DNA of 18,908 nt from Gemmatimonadaceae bacterium (GTDB taxonomy: Bacteria; Gemmatimonadota; Gemmatimonadetes; Gemmatimonadales; Gemmatimonadaceae), in contig JBBDYA010000085.1 of the NCBI GenBank assembly GCA_040902005.1, positions 83,226-102,133 of the forward strand, written 5' to 3'. Below, piece after piece: positions 18,718-18,908 of the stretch. A model generated the notes under the pieces. It saw only the letters and a program-made list of their open reading frames with translations, was not told the DNA's origin and did not search any database. The position numbers and the translations under genes are program-made. Each line of letters begins with the position of its first letter. The first letter of the stretch is position 1.

Positions 18718-18808
18718 AATGCTTTCGGCCGTCGCCATTCGCGGGCGACGCGATTTCACCCTGCTGACTCCGGGAGATTTCACTGCCGCCTAATCGCACT
18801 CGGCCGTT

Positions 18809-18908
18809 ATGAAGCGGTGGACGCTCACCGCGCTGTCGTTCGTGGCCGTGATCGGCGTCTCGATCTACGCGGTCCGCGCGGGGGGGGGGGGGGGGGCGGG
18901 GGGCGGGG
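18809..18908 (+). CDS. N-terminus of a membrane protein, truncated by the window end
   Basis: MKRWTLTALSFVAVIGVSIYAVRA: a basic N-terminus plus a transmembrane helix, then poly-G. TAGAAT -10-like hexamer at 18715-18720. Confidence 0.55.
   Translation, partial: MKRWTLTALSFVAVIGVSIYAVRAGGGGGAGGG

Overview
GC-rich bacterial chromosomal fragment, probably a whole contig: it begins in a poly-C run and ends in a poly-G run. Gene content suggests Gemmatimonadota, but that is an inference only. The genes are mostly housekeeping and envelope functions, in order: a CDA-fold nucleoside deaminase (partial, missed by the ORF track), an L,D-transpeptidase, a 67-aa hypothetical, an M15-like/LysM secreted protein, a YbaL-type Kef antiporter, EttA, CcdA, TlpA, two convergent PAP2 phosphatases, a 2H phosphoesterase, a PLD/cardiolipin synthase, a plant/Chlamydia-type FabI, a large BNR/VPS10 beta-propeller protein, an SMP-30-like lipoprotein, a SAM methyltransferase (apparently internally deleted) and a partial membrane protein. 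The two most interesting signals are non-coding. (1) A candidate stand-alone ~300-nt structured RNA at ~2642-2947 (minus strand) has its own sigma70-like promoter, a 5'-3' closing stem, six internal hairpins, possible pseudoknots and an intrinsic terminator; I cannot assign it to a known family. (2) Three long-hairpin intergenic elements have unrelated cores but share an IS5-like terminus, YTAG|GGAnnCTCTGAA.
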